A stretch of 64,000 nt of DNA. Source: Pocillopora damicornis (Eukaryota). Below, piece by piece: positions 1-11,511 of this stretch (within the stretch, counting starts at the first letter, position 1; every line of letters starts with the position of its first letter). The stretch covers positions 186,001 through 250,000 of the forward strand of contig NW_020846447.1 of NCBI RefSeq assembly GCF_003704095.1. Direction: 5' to 3'. The notes beneath the pieces were generated by a model. It made no database searches. It was not told the DNA's origin and saw only the letters and a program-made list of their open reading frames with translations. The translations under genes and the position numbers were made by a program.

Positions 1-476
1 AGGGCCTCAATTATGGATCACGACTTTTCGACACTGTGCATACATTTAGTGTGGTAGTGGTTATTAAAATTTACGAATCACTACTAAAGTTATGTATTAT
101 AGTACACTTGCGCTCAAGCACCTTGGTTTTTTTTCATCATGGGAGAATATAGACATGAACTGTATTTTATCAGAGGCGTAAAGAGGGGGGGGGTTCACAC
201 CGTGACAAACAGAGGGTACTTTCCTGATTGTAATGTCGATCCTCACGCCTTGTTTTACTTAATGTGACCAAAAAAAGGCTTACAAAGAGGGGGTCACGGC
301 CACCCCAGGACCCCCCACCCCGTAGCTACATCCTTGGTTGTATTTTGCTTTTTACAGTTGAACTACCAAATCTTTTACTGAACGCTAACATTTACATGAT
401 TTTGTAAATGTAAACGAAATAAGGTAACAAAAGCTCCTGTATAATTTTTAGTTCGTATCGTTATTTCTGTAGTTGA

Positions 477-940
477 TAAGCTAATACATCAAGTTACATA
501 TCGTCACAGGAAAAACTTTAACTCCTTGAAAAGAAATAAAAAAACCCTTACTTTGTGTAACCATTTAAAACTATTCAAAAAGTTAAGTAATCTGTATAGT
601 TTGTAAGCTAATACATCAAGTTATATATTAGTTACAAGAAAAACTCGAACTTCTCGCAAAGCAACCACTGCGTTGGAAATAGTTAAAACTTATCATATAG
701 ACTAGTATTCTATATATTTGGTAAGCTAATATATCAACTTATACTTCGGTTACTAGAAAAAGTTGAACTTCTTCTACAGAAACTAAGAAACTGGTGTTGA
801 ACGAGTTAAAACTATTACATAAGTGAGAATTTTATATAGCTAGTAAGCTAATAAATCATGGTATATTTCATTTACTGAAAAAAAGTTTAAGTTCTTGGAT
901 AGAAATAAAAGAGCTATTAGGTGGAACAAGTCAAATTTTC
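477..940. repeat. ~120-bp tandem repeat, 4 diverged units (also at ~9919-10395)
   Basis: TAAG(C)TAATA-A(T)CAA unit starts recur at ~477, 604, 722, 844 and at ~9919, 10044, 10171, 10292. Confidence 0.85.
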
Positions 941-982
941 ATGTGGCGTTTTGGCAAAATCCCTCGAAAAGTCAACAGTCAA

Positions 983-1163
983 TTAAGCTTCCGCTGGCAC
1001 TCCTTCGGCTATCACGGTGGTAGTTTCCTTGGTAACTATCTGGGCTGCTATTTTGCTGGCCTCTGTAGTTTTAGCGATCTTTTCATTATTTGGGTTGAGG
1101 TGTTGTTTAAGAGCTTCTGGTAGAGCTTCTGTGTGCTCGTTGCATCAGTCGCTGTAGATGTGC
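983..1163 (-). pseudogene. Frameshifted copy of the MMP-like terminal exon
   Basis: Acceptor ttcag|GCACATCTAC as in 10439-10620, but a 1-nt deletion (ACAGAAGCTCTACC vs ACAGGGGATTCTACC) shifts the frame to an early stop; upstream catalytic exons are absent. Confidence 0.75.
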
Positions 1164-1610
1164 CTGAAATTATCATTGAACTGTAGTATCCATAAAAATA
1201 CGTTATTGAGCATAAATTTGCAATTAAAAGGTTCTTCTATCTACCCTCATAACTGATCAATAGGCAATTTAACTATCGTTGCCTCCGTTATTTTTATCCA
1301 GCGGAATAGTTAAGAGAACGAGGGCTCCAGAAGCGAGATTGAGTTATTGTCGTGTTCCATCCTCTGGCAACGTGACCATGAATTGGTAAAATTCCCTCCA
1401 AAAGAGCATGAATGCACAAAAAAAAAAGGGTTATTTTTAATATTTTGTCAGAATGAAAAGTTTAAATAAAAGCCACTAATAATCGAGAGTTCATAAACAT
1501 TAAAAAGCTCGAGATTTCAGCACTTTCGTAAACAAACGTCATGTGTGTCTCCTCCATTGAAATAAACCACTGCCCTTTTCGATTTAGTGTCACGAAATAA
1601 AAAAAACATT

Positions 1611-1830
1611 GTAACCATGACGGCCAATCACAGTAAAGTACCCTAAAGAACCAATGAGAACTCAAAAACCTACAAATTGACAAAAACGCGGGAAAACGCG
1701 AATGACTAAGGCGTGATTGGCTTACGTTTGCATCTGATTGGTTAAGAGAGTGGCGAGAGTTTTTTTTTGGACCAATCATAAAGCGAAGCAAAGCAAGGAT
1801 AATTCAGTCCCAAATTAGGTTTGGCACTCA
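1611..1830. mobile_element. CCAAT/ATTGG-rich interspersed repeat (MITE-like); second copy ~11051-11275
   Basis: Multiple CCAAT/ATTGG boxes and an aaacgcgggaaaacg core; resembles a common coral repeat as recalled, not database-checked. Confidence 0.5.
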
Positions 1831-2033
1831 AAGGGTCAAAGGGAGGGTAAACAACGATGGTAAGAGAACGTAATTATACTAACAGATACATGTTGGTTTA
1901 GTGAAAATCTAGGAAGTTTTGAGGAAAGAAATATTTCTAAGAAAACATTGAATCAGGAATGAAATTACGCACTTAAGGTTATTGCTGTTTTATTTTGCTT
2001 TTCTTTCCTTACGCTCATTTCCGGATACTTCGC

Positions 2034-2144
2034 CTGAGCCTCAGATTTTACCCGACCCCTCCCACGTCAGGGCTGATTTGCAACGTCTTTCGACCGACAC
2101 ATCATACACTGACGTGGGGAGGGTCGGGTGAAATCTGAGCTCAG
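2034..2144. repeat. Short foldback/MITE with ~36-bp inverted arms
   Basis: ctgagcctcagattttacccgacccctcccacgtcag (2034-2070) versus ctgacgtggggagggtcgggtgaaatctgagctcag (2109-2144). Confidence 0.85.
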
Positions 2145-2768
2145 TTAGTGATTAATTTGAAATTTAATACGGTTAATCGAAGGATTGTAATCGACCTCTT
2201 CGGTCCACATCATGTGTCGACTGTAGATGATGAGCAAATGTGGGAAATCGAGCAGGCTTTTGAGGTGGTTAGAGGCCGGTGATTGCACTGATTTTTGTCT
2301 TGGCTCTTATTCGTTTATCGAATTTTAACGTGCTCGAAGCTGGGAGGTGAGCGACATTTGGAAGCAGAAGAAATTCGGCGAAGTTCTGGAGGCTTTCGGC
2401 CCAGACGGTCCCAGGAAATGGCACGCCTTGTGTTTTTCCTTTGCCTTTGGAGAGGCGTCAGTGCAAAGTGGCGAATTAACCGTCCCCAAACCCCGCAAAG
2501 CTACTCGAGACAACACAGAAAAACGAAGGTAAGTGAACTTTATTTATCTGACTGTCATTAAGCGGATTTTGGGGATGAAATGTTACGATTTGCGGAATTT
2601 ATGAAACATTTCTTGGGATCACTTGCGTCTTGCCGAGATCGACCGTCGCAAATTACAAACAATGTACGTGTTCAACTAGCGTATCAAATAACTGACGTCA
2701 CACGGCCTCAAACCTGCAGGATTGTCTGCCTGTGGTGTACTTCATCGAGAGTGAAACATCGAGCCCTT

Positions 2769-3068
2769 TTAAGATGTTTAAAAGCATTCTTGTTTAGTTT
2801 GGTCAACCTACAGGGCCTGGAACCAACTAAAATGCCAATTACTTTTGGCCAAAAGTACGGCATCTGCAGTTACAGTGAATATAGACCAACACTCGGTAGA
2901 GGTCTTTATGGTGGGTATGCTTTAAAAATTTCAGACCATGAAAATATGTGCACCAGTGACTTTGGTATCAGTGACTCCTATGATTTTCATCAAGACTTCC
3001 GTACTTTCTTTACAAGGAAAACATAGTTTCTTGTTGATGATTATGAAGTCTTTTTGCTCATGAACTAG
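2769..3068 (+). pseudogene. Orphan TLDc-domain exon 2 paralog with in-frame stop
   Basis: AFLFSLVNLQGLEPTKMP...FFTRKT*FLVDDYEVFLLMN* aligns to AFLFSMVNPHGHEPTKIP...FFTGNSRFVVTDYEVFSLN* at 7874-8190; TAG at 3024-3026; no BTB exon upstream. Confidence 0.85.
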
Positions 3069-3098
3069 CATGTAACAACTGATGGCTGGGGTATATCT

Positions 3099-3323
3099 TT
3101 TAATCTTTTGACCCCTAAGGGTGATAAGCATTTAATTTCGCCTTACAATATCACCCCCTGAATCACACATTATTAATGTGTGAGGTTATGAGATTAAAGG
3201 AAATGATCACCAAATAAAGAAGCTCTAAATTTTTTGGAGAAATTCTCCTTGTCAGCACCTTAGGAAATGTTTAGAGAACAGTATGGAGAATTTGTACACT
3301 GATATTAGGGTGTAAAGGGTTAA
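3099..3323. mobile_element. TTAA-flanked (piggyBac-like) MITE, subfamily B; relatives at ~21659-21851, 57370-57553, 60550-60670
   Basis: Ends ...aaagggttaa; shared core aaattctccttgtcagcac...ggaaatgt...gagaacagtatggagaat. Confidence 0.7.
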
Positions 3324-3847
3324 TGAGTTGCTTTTCCTTTATCTAGTGCTTTTTTAGGCTCTAGGTTGATAAAAGGGAAAAGAAGGGTTGAGTTATGGGT
3401 CGAAAGGGGTATAGAAAATTATAAGTAGATAAATATTATGCTAAGGTTTTTTTTTTCTTCATCATGACAATAATCAAGTATTTGACTTTTCAACTTATAG
3501 CATACTGGTATTCTACTTCATGCAATAACATTGGCAAGTCTGTTATAGACAAGGACCACGTTGTTTGAAGCTGGGTTGAGATAAACCAGGGTTAGTTTGA
3601 AATTGGATTTCACATCTAAAAGCTGTAAAAGAAAATTCAGTTTGAATTTTTTTGTCTGCTGTTTGATGATTGAATGCTCTAAAAATGGTAGTGAAAATTA
3701 TCCAATAGAGGCTTTTGAACAAAGGAGTAAAGATGCTGGGATTAAAATTCAACCTTGGATTAGCACTAATTGGCCTTCGAACAACTGGGCTCTGGAGTCC
3801 ATTTGAAACACCTTATGTTGCTACAAGGTCGTAGTTTGCTGAATCCA

Positions 3848-4059
3848 TTCACCCTTTAACTTGCACAAGTGATCAAGACTGAATTTCTCCTTACAATATC
3901 AATACAATATCAAACAGACTAGTGATGAGAAATAAGAAAAATATTACAGGGGGATTATTAGTTGATCCAATACCAAATTTTCTGAACTAACATCATTAGA
4001 ATTGTATGGCAGACAGTAAGGAGAATTAGTAAATGGGATCTTGGGCGTGAAAGGGTGAA
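3848..4059. mobile_element. TTAA-flanked MITE, subfamily A; copies at ~18216-18400, 26063-26219 (reverse), 55228-55461
   Basis: accctttaac...gaatttctccttacaatatcaatacaatatc...gttgatccaataccaaatt...gacagtaaggagaatt...aaagggt shared among the copies. Confidence 0.85.
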
Positions 4060-4924
4060 AGGATACATAATGGGCAAAGAAGGGAAGGGGATGGCTGAGA
4101 TCATCCCTTATCCCTGATTGGAGTTTGAAGAGGAATAAGAAAAGGCTCATTAATCTATGTACTTTGTTTGGCAGTGGTCATTATAAATTTAGTTTCATGC
4201 TCTGGTGTTTAGAATTTGGAAAAAGAAAACTTTCAGAATCCATTCAAAGCATGATGATGTCACTATTTTTCAAATTTATTACAGTCCACTTACTGCCATA
4301 ATTCCTTCAAGTTGTAGGTTCCAATCTTCATGAAAATTAACATGTTAAAGGAGACATTTATTGCTTTTCATCCTGTAACCTTATATGCATGGACGTGAGC
4401 ACCACTTGTGCCTAGACTTCAAGTCTCAGTTAGTGGTCCTTTGTGTTTTTCACGTTGTATGTCAAAGGCAATCAAAGTCAAAGGTTAAGCATTTCTGAGA
4501 GCACTAGTAACTTCAGGACACAGTTGTTGACTCTCCCTTATGAAATTCCTGTGATAAGTCATATCATTTGTCTGGTCTTTATCAAGTGCTAACAGGGACA
4601 CATCATTTTTTCCCCTTTCTTACTGGAAACATCACCAATATTATGTGATGTGCTTCTGAATTACAAACAAGGGAAATTGTAACAGAGACAGTCTCAACTT
4701 ATTATAAGTTACTTGTAGGAAGTGAGCCTGCAGCTCACTTAGTACAAGTAATTCACCATCAGCAGACTCAATTGTGTATATTTGGGCTGCTAGTTGGTAT
4801 TCCCTTTGTTTGTAACATTAGTGTCTCGCTAGGCACTTAAGAGATTGCTAAGGGATTTAAGTTCCTACCCTCTCTCCGATGCTTTACCACTAAGCCACAG
4901 AGACTCTTTGGGGCTATGAATAGA

Positions 4925-5412
4925 GGGGGTAGGTTTCTAAAGAAATTGTGGTGCTGAGTCAGTGGGAGAGTATAACATGCTAATTTTGTATTATCAACTG
5001 TGTTGATAACATGAATTGGCCACCATAAAGAGTTTAAAAGCTGATGTTTCAAGGCTAGGGTTAGCCCTTTGTCTGAGTGATTAGAGAAATTGTGGGTTGT
5101 GTGTGGGTTTATATGTGGAAAATGGAGCTATGAATTTGGTGATTAAAAAACAAAAATAAATTAGTTGAATTAAAAGAGCTTGTTGATGCTGTGGGGATTA
5201 GGGTGCCAATTTGAAAGATAAATTTTTGTTCTCTTATTTTGCGGCTTTCGGAAGTGTCTAACTGTAGGGAAAGGCTGGAAACTTCCATGTGCTATTTAGA
5301 ATGATTAGGGAGATTAAAGTGTCTAGCGACTGGGTTGGATGTGCCCTTGTCATTAATTTCTATGTCGCAGAGGTGTTCTTGCACCACAGTTTCTTTAAAA
5401 AGTTACCCCTTT
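4925..5412 (-). mobile_element. Penelope-like retroelement 3' remnant (GIY-YIG C-terminus plus pLTR) with inverted terminal piece
   Basis: Minus strand reads EHLCDIEINDKGTSNPVARHFNLPNHSK*HMEVSSLSLQLDTSESRKIREQKFIFQIGTL; the caccacagtttct..agaaac.taccc terminus occurs in opposite orientations at ~4925-4955 and ~5382-5411. Confidence 0.8.
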
Positions 5413-6944
5413 TGTTGTCAATAGTATGTTTGTTTATTATCTGATTTTTAGGTTATATATTTAAATAGGAGTTTTATTTGTTACTGTAATTTAATAATAA
5501 AGGCTACTTTTCTCCAAAACTTTGCTTGTAGTCATGTTATGTGGTTTATATGCAGTGAAAACTATGATGTATTAGATGCATCACAGTCTTTAAAATTTAA
5601 TAGGGTTCTCTTGCGTGCTACACGGCAAAGAAATCAAATCCAATTGGCTGCAGGAAGTACTCAAGTTGCCAAGAGTTCCTTTTACAATCATGGCTGTACT
5701 GTTTATAATAATTTTTGTTCACATTAATTATCTTAATTGTATTTTTCCCATTTTTCCTATATATGTTTTAAATGTTTCTAAAGATGCTTTTTATGCATTT
5801 GTAATCAGAGTATATTTAAACTCAGGGGTCCTGTTGATAGCAGGGTAGTGTACTTTTGGGCTGCTGACAGGACTATTGGTTAATTTTTTAAATAAAGGTG
5901 CCCATCTGTCTATCTTTCTACTTGCAACTTTAAGTAAATTATTTGATTTTAAACTTGAGTTTTTTAAAAATAAATTTAGAGTCGTATTCATTCAATGTGG
6001 ATCAATAGTGTTCTTTTGATTTTCAAGAAGCCATATCATGTTTGCTGATTCGTAAAATGTCTTGTAAAAAAAGGGAAAAAATATTACTTGAGGCATGGTA
6101 AGGGAGCTTAATGCAAATAAAATGATTTTATCTTCCTTTAAGGCCCGTTCGTCCTCCAAGGCCTAAGTGCGGGTAGAAACTGAATTTACTCCATTGGTCT
6201 TCGCTGTCACAATCGGTTTGGGTATTCCCGCATTTTGGGTAATTTTCATTGCTCCACCCACTCAAGGATGGCAGCTATAATGTTCACCTACACATTACTG
6301 ACTTCTCGCCCGCCAAAATTACGTTTGCCTCGTAAGTTAGGAAAAATCAAGATGGCGAAAATCGATAAAATTTTTTTAACAGCTCTTCTCTCCAACTTCA
6401 CGACCTGACATTTGAAGAGTGCGCAACGGAAACGATCCCGTCGAACTCTCATCGATTATTTGATCTGATAAGAAAGCTTACATCCAAAACAAAGCTCAGG
6501 CTTACCTTTTAAGTGTATTTATTAGAGTGTGCTTCTCTAGTCACCGTTATGAGTGCCCGCGTTTTTAGAATACCTATTTTTCTTGTCTAGTCCAGTTCAG
6601 TACAGTTTGATTCAGTCTTCGATTCGAGCGTTCGGCATAATTTTAAGTGCAGAATCCTTTCTAAGAACTGGGTTAATTCATGAACTCTGGTAAAATCAGA
6701 CCAAATGACAGTTTCTTTTTGTCTTTTAGACCAATTTTTTTAGCATAAATGTAAACATTACCTCACGTGACCATGATAATTTTATTCATTCGACGAAGCT
6801 CGCCCACGCTGCATTTTCAGTTCTTCCTAGTTTGGTTAGCAAACAGTGAGGAGTGATTTCAAGCCTTGCTAAGGAAACGAATTACTTTTTAGCTTAAGAA
6901 AATCAAATTTTAGCGGCGATATACAGATACAGAAAGCAAGCAAC

Positions 6945-8190
6945 ATGCAGCAGGGTCAAAGAATATTTAGTTTTCCCTCGATTGTGAAACTAAATGTCGG
7001 CGGTCATTACTTCACCACAAGTCTTCAAACATTGACCAGAGATCCAAACTCAAAGCTAGCCGGCATGTTTTCAGGGAAGTTTGGGATGAACCGTCTTGAA
7101 GACGGCGCTTTCTTTATCGACCGGGATGGAACTCACTTCCGGTTTATACTCAATTATCTGCGGAACGGAGAGCTAGTTTTACCGGATGGTGCAAAATTTC
7201 TCAAAGAACTTGAAACTGAAGCGCAGTTCTACCAGATTGAAGGGATACTAATTAGGTTGAGCCTTTTTTCGGAGATACTCACGAATGAGGAACATATCAA
7301 CGTGCTGCTAGGTTGGCTGCCTTTCCATGACGCGAGGATGAGGCGACGTCGCCTCGGTCTTCTGTACCGTGCTTCTCGAGATGGCTTCGCAGCCGAATGC
7401 TTTCACTCCAGATGTGACAACAACGGGCCTACTGTTACTATTGTGAAGAGTGGAGAATATATATTTGGAGGTTTTACGGAGCAGTCTTGGACGAGTAAGT
7501 AGTAAATTAACTCAATCGGGTAGAAAATAATGGCTGATGATTTGAGTAGAAACGAAAGTTAAGTTAAAATTTTGGCGTGAAACAACGAAAAAGTCGGGTT
7601 CACTTCTTCGTGACTATAACACCGTTTTGCTAATCTCCCTTTCTTCTCTTAACGGCCTCAGGCCAAAAGTAATTTCGTAAGAAAACGCTTCAAACGGCCC
7701 ACGAAGGCGAACAAAAAAAACCACAAAGCATCGATTAACATTTCATTCAACTTTATTGAGATATTTATACCGAGATGTAATTTAGATATGCAATTTTCAG
7801 AGTCGTGGATTTTGTTTGTCTAATATCAGCAATAATTAACCACGTGATAAAAGGAACATCATCTCATCAACAGGTCAAAACCGTTACTTAAGTTGTACCG
7901 AAGCATTCTTGTTCAGTATGGTCAACCCACATGGCCATGAACCAACTAAAATACCGCTTACTCTTCAAGGCCAAGGGAATTTCATCTCATGTAGAGCTGA
8001 CCTTGGACCAACGTTTGGCGGCGAGTTTTACGGCCAGCATGCCCTAAGTATCTCAGACCATGCAAACATATCACACAGTGAGTCTAATAATAATTATAAC
8101 GTGTATAATTTTCTTCCAGAACGCGAGACTTTCTTCACGGGAAATTCACGTTTTGTTGTGACAGATTACGAAGTGTTTTCACTCAATTGA
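6945..8190 (+). CDS. BTB/POZ (KCTD-type T1) plus TLDc domain protein; exons 6945-7494 and 7874-8190
   Basis: IVKLNVGGHYFTTSLQTL, FFIDRDGTHFRFILNYLR (KCTD BTB); LLYRASRDGF..FHSRCDNNGPTVTIVKSGEYIFGGFT and TDYEVF (TLDc); phase-1 GT..AG intron restores the frame. Confidence 0.93.
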
Positions 8191-8421
8191 AGTAAAACAA
8201 ATGAATTAGGGGAGGAGGGTGGTGTACCTTCTAAAATGGGGATGCTTTGCCCCAATGCCTGGAAAAGGATTAATAAAAGAGAAGAGATTTCATAGATTGA
8301 ACTACAGAAAAGGGTGTAGAAGGGTTGGACTTAAATCAGGTGAATACCGTAGGAGGGTCTCGATAAAGCGAAATGATACTGTGGTATTGCTGTTTGTCTC
8401 CCGTTGTGGTTAGTTTCATTA

Positions 8422-9433
8422 TGAAGCCCTGTTAAAGTACATTTGGCCAGGCGATACGACTCTGAAACGGCGACACAATGGGAGCTGAAATGACCAGGAA
8501 CAACGAACCGCTAACGCGAAATCGACAGCGACATTGGCGTTTTAAAAATTAGACAGCGACTTGCTGCGTATTCGGGCGGAAGAAATAGCGTGTCACACGT
8601 TGTGTGACTTGTTGTTAAGTTGCAAGAGGAACCATTCAGAATACGTTACAAGGAATAGTATGGGGAACGAAAATATGGTCAATTTACAACGATAAATATT
8701 TCGAAATATGAACATTTTACAGGTAAAATCAATCGATCTTACTCAAACCTTGTGTGTCCGTTTTGATGGCAAAACAAGCTTTTAAAAAACGGCAGAAATC
8801 GCCAGAAACCATAACGGACACACAAGTTGTAGGTAAGTTTTGTTGGTTTTACGTGTAAAATGTTCATATTTCGAAATATTTATCATTGTAAATCGACCAT
8901 ATTTCGTTCCTTGTACTATTCCTTATAACGTGTTCAAATTCTCAACGGTTCCCTTCTTAACTTAACACCCTGTCATACAACGCGTGACGCTTTCATGAAT
9001 TAATCGTTTGCTTTTTCTCGAGACGTGAGCCAAGGCAGCCTGTGGTGTGACCTGTGTCGTCTGACTCTCTTGTCATTTTCTCTTCTCATCTTTCATATCA
9101 CGTCACGCTCTATGTCCTTTATGGTCACGCGCTCAAAATGCAGATTTGACCTTTTCTGGGTTTTTTTCTCTCTCTGTCTTCCCACGTCGCAGTTTGTAAG
9201 GCTATTAAGTTTGGTTGATAATTATCCGAAAATGTTTCGGGAACAAAATTACGCGAACGCATCTACGTGAAACATTTTCTACTGTAACATTTCCGATGTC
9301 GATATTAGTGGCTTAGGACGAAATTCCGACAGCGACATGGGAACCTACTGAAACTGCGACGTGAAAAGGTATGAAACTCAGACGGGGCACATAAAGACTC
9401 CCCTCCCCCCTCCCCCCTCCCTAACAGGGCCTC
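8422..9433. mobile_element. Putative non-autonomous DNA transposon with GA(A/G)GCCCTGTTA termini and internal GACAGCGAC motifs
   Basis: gaagccctgtta (~8422) is inverted to taacagggcctc (~9422-9433); gacagcgac recurs at ~8524, 8552, 9328. Confidence 0.45.
8590..8990. repeat. Long imperfect palindrome (foldback element), ~180-bp arms; single arm repeated at ~31320-31545
   Basis: atttacaacgataaatatttcgaaatatgaacattttaca versus tgtaaaatgttcatatttcgaaatatttatcattgtaaat; ttgtgtgtccgtt versus aacggacacacaa. Confidence 0.9.
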
Positions 9434-11511
9434 AATTATGGATCAGGACTTTTCGACTCTGTGCATGCATTTAGTGTGGTAGTGGTTACTAAAAATTTAG
9501 TAATCTCTACTAAAGTTATGTATTATAATCCACCTGCCCTTAAGCACCTTGTTTTTTCATCGTGGGAGAATATAGACATGAGCTGTATTTTATCAGAGGC
9601 GTAGCCGCGATTTTTCAAAGGGGGGTCACACTGTATCAAACAGAGGGTACTCATCAGATTTTCATGTCGATCCCCACGCCTTGTTTTACATAAGACNNNN
9701 NNNNNNGCCCACAAGAGGGGGGGGGGGTGTCACGGCCACCCCGGAACCCCACACCCCCTAGCTAGCTACGCCCTTGGTTGTATTTTGCTTAATACAGCTG
9801 AACTACCAAATATTTTACTGAACACTAACATTTACTTTACATTGTGTAAAGGTAAACGAAATAAGGTAACAAAAGCTCCTGTATAATTTTTAGTTTGTGC
9901 CGATATTTATGTAGTTGATAAGCTAATACATCAAGTTACATATCGTCATAGGAAAAACTTCAACTCCTTGAAAGAATTAAAAGACCCTTACGTTGTATAA
10001 TCTTTTAAAACTATTCAAACAGTTTAGCATTCTGTAGAGTTTGTAAGCTAATACATAAAGTTATATGTTAGTTACAAGAAAAACTTGAACTTCTCGCAAA
10101 GCAAGAGAAATGGCTACCGCGTTGGAAATAGTTAAAACTTAGCATATAGACTAGCATTCTATATGTCTGGTAAGCTAATATATCAACTTACACTTCGGTT
10201 ACTAGAAAAAGCATAACTTCTTGTAAAGAAACAAAAAAACTAGTTTTGAACTAGTTAAAACTATTACATAGTCAAGTATCGTATATAGCTGGTAAGTTAA
10301 TAAATCAATTCACGGTTATATTTCAGTTACAGAAAAAAAGTTAACTTTTTTAATAGAAATAAAAGAGCTATTTGGTTGAACGAGTTAAAACTACTAATCT
10401 GGCGTTTTGGGAACATCCCTCCAAATGTCAACGGCCAATTAGGCTTCCGCTGGTACCCCTTCGGCTGTCACGGTGATAGTTTCCTTGGTAACCAGTTGGG
10501 CCGATGTTTTTCTGGCTTTTGCAGCTTCAGTGATCTTTTCATTGTTTGGGTTGAGTTGTTGTTTTAGAACTTTTGGTAGAATCCCCTGTGCGTTCTTTAC
10601 ATCAGTCGCGGTAGATGTGCCTGAAAATTACATCGAATTGTAGTATCCATAAAAATCATATGTTCTTGAGCATAAATTTGTAATTAAAAGGTTCTTCTAT
10701 CCACCCTCATAACTGATCAATAGGCAATTTAGCTATCGTTGCCTTCGTTATTTTTATCCAGCGGAACACTTAACAGAACGAGGGCTCCAGAACCGAGATT
10801 GATTGGTGGTCGTGTCCCATCCATGAGTTGGTAAACTTCCCGCTAAAGATGCATGAATGCACGAAAAAAAAAGATGATTTTTTCATTTATCAGAATGAAG
10901 AGTTTAATAAATACCACTGACAATCGAGAGTTCAAAATCATTAAAAGGCTCGAGATTTCAGCACTTTCATAAACAAGCGTCACGTGTATCTCTTCCATTG
11001 AAATAAACCACTGCCCTTTTCGATTTAGTGTCACGTAGTACAAAAACTTTGTAACCATGACGGCAAATCACTGTTAGGTAGAGTACCGTAAGGAACCAAT
11101 GATAATTAAAAAACCTTCAAATTGACCAAAACGCGGGAAAACGTGGGTGACTGAGGCGTGATTGGCTTACGTTTGCATCTGATTGGTTAAGAGAGTGGCG
11201 AGAGTTTTTTTGGGACCAATCACAAAGCGAAGTAAAGCAAGACTAATTCAGTCCCAGATTAAGTTCGGCACTCAAAGGGAAAGTAAACGACGATGTTAAG
11301 AAACCGTGATTATACCAACAGATACAAGTTGGATTAGTGAAAATCTAGGAAGTTTTGAGGAAAGAAATATTTCCAATAAAACATTGAATCAGGAATGAAA
11401 TTACGCACTTAAAGATAAATGCTGTTTAATTTATTTCGCTTTTCATTATTTAAAGCCACGGTGCTCGCCTTGCCAACTTTTCCTATTTTCCTTACGCTCA
11501 TTTCCGGATAC
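9426..11511. repeat. Segmental duplication copy B
   Basis: Colinear with 1-2029. Confidence 0.95.
9595..9775. mobile_element. Small hAT-like MITE (AGGCGTAGC...GCTACGCCC); degenerate copy ~171-335
   Basis: cagaggcgtagc ... gctacgcccttg inverted ends. Confidence 0.55.

Larger units (their letters stand above)
1..2029. repeat. Segmental duplication copy A (paralogous to ~9426-11511); contains the last intron, last exon and 3' flank of the MMP-like gene
   Basis: Position 1 agggcctcaattatggatcacgacttttcg matches 9426 agggcctcaattatggatcaggacttttcg; the two copies stay colinear to ...ccttacgctcatttccggatact (~2029 / ~11511). Confidence 0.95.

Noticed and set aside
477-940. Regularly spaced repeats as a CRISPR array
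   Set aside because: The whole ~120-bp unit is homologous (no unique spacers), the context is eukaryotic, and no cas genes are present
941-1123. + strand 60-aa ORF conserved in both duplicates (also 10376-10567)
   Set aside because: Antisense of the MMP-like terminal exon; the similarity is explained by the duplication
2295-2561. Exon-like GC-richer segment with a gtaagt donor at ~2529
   Set aside because: No recognisable protein and no partner exon; probably a transposon remnant
2580-3026. 148-aa ORF as a functional gene
   Set aside because: It is a chimera of unrelated sequence, an MMP intron fragment and a TLDc exon with a premature stop
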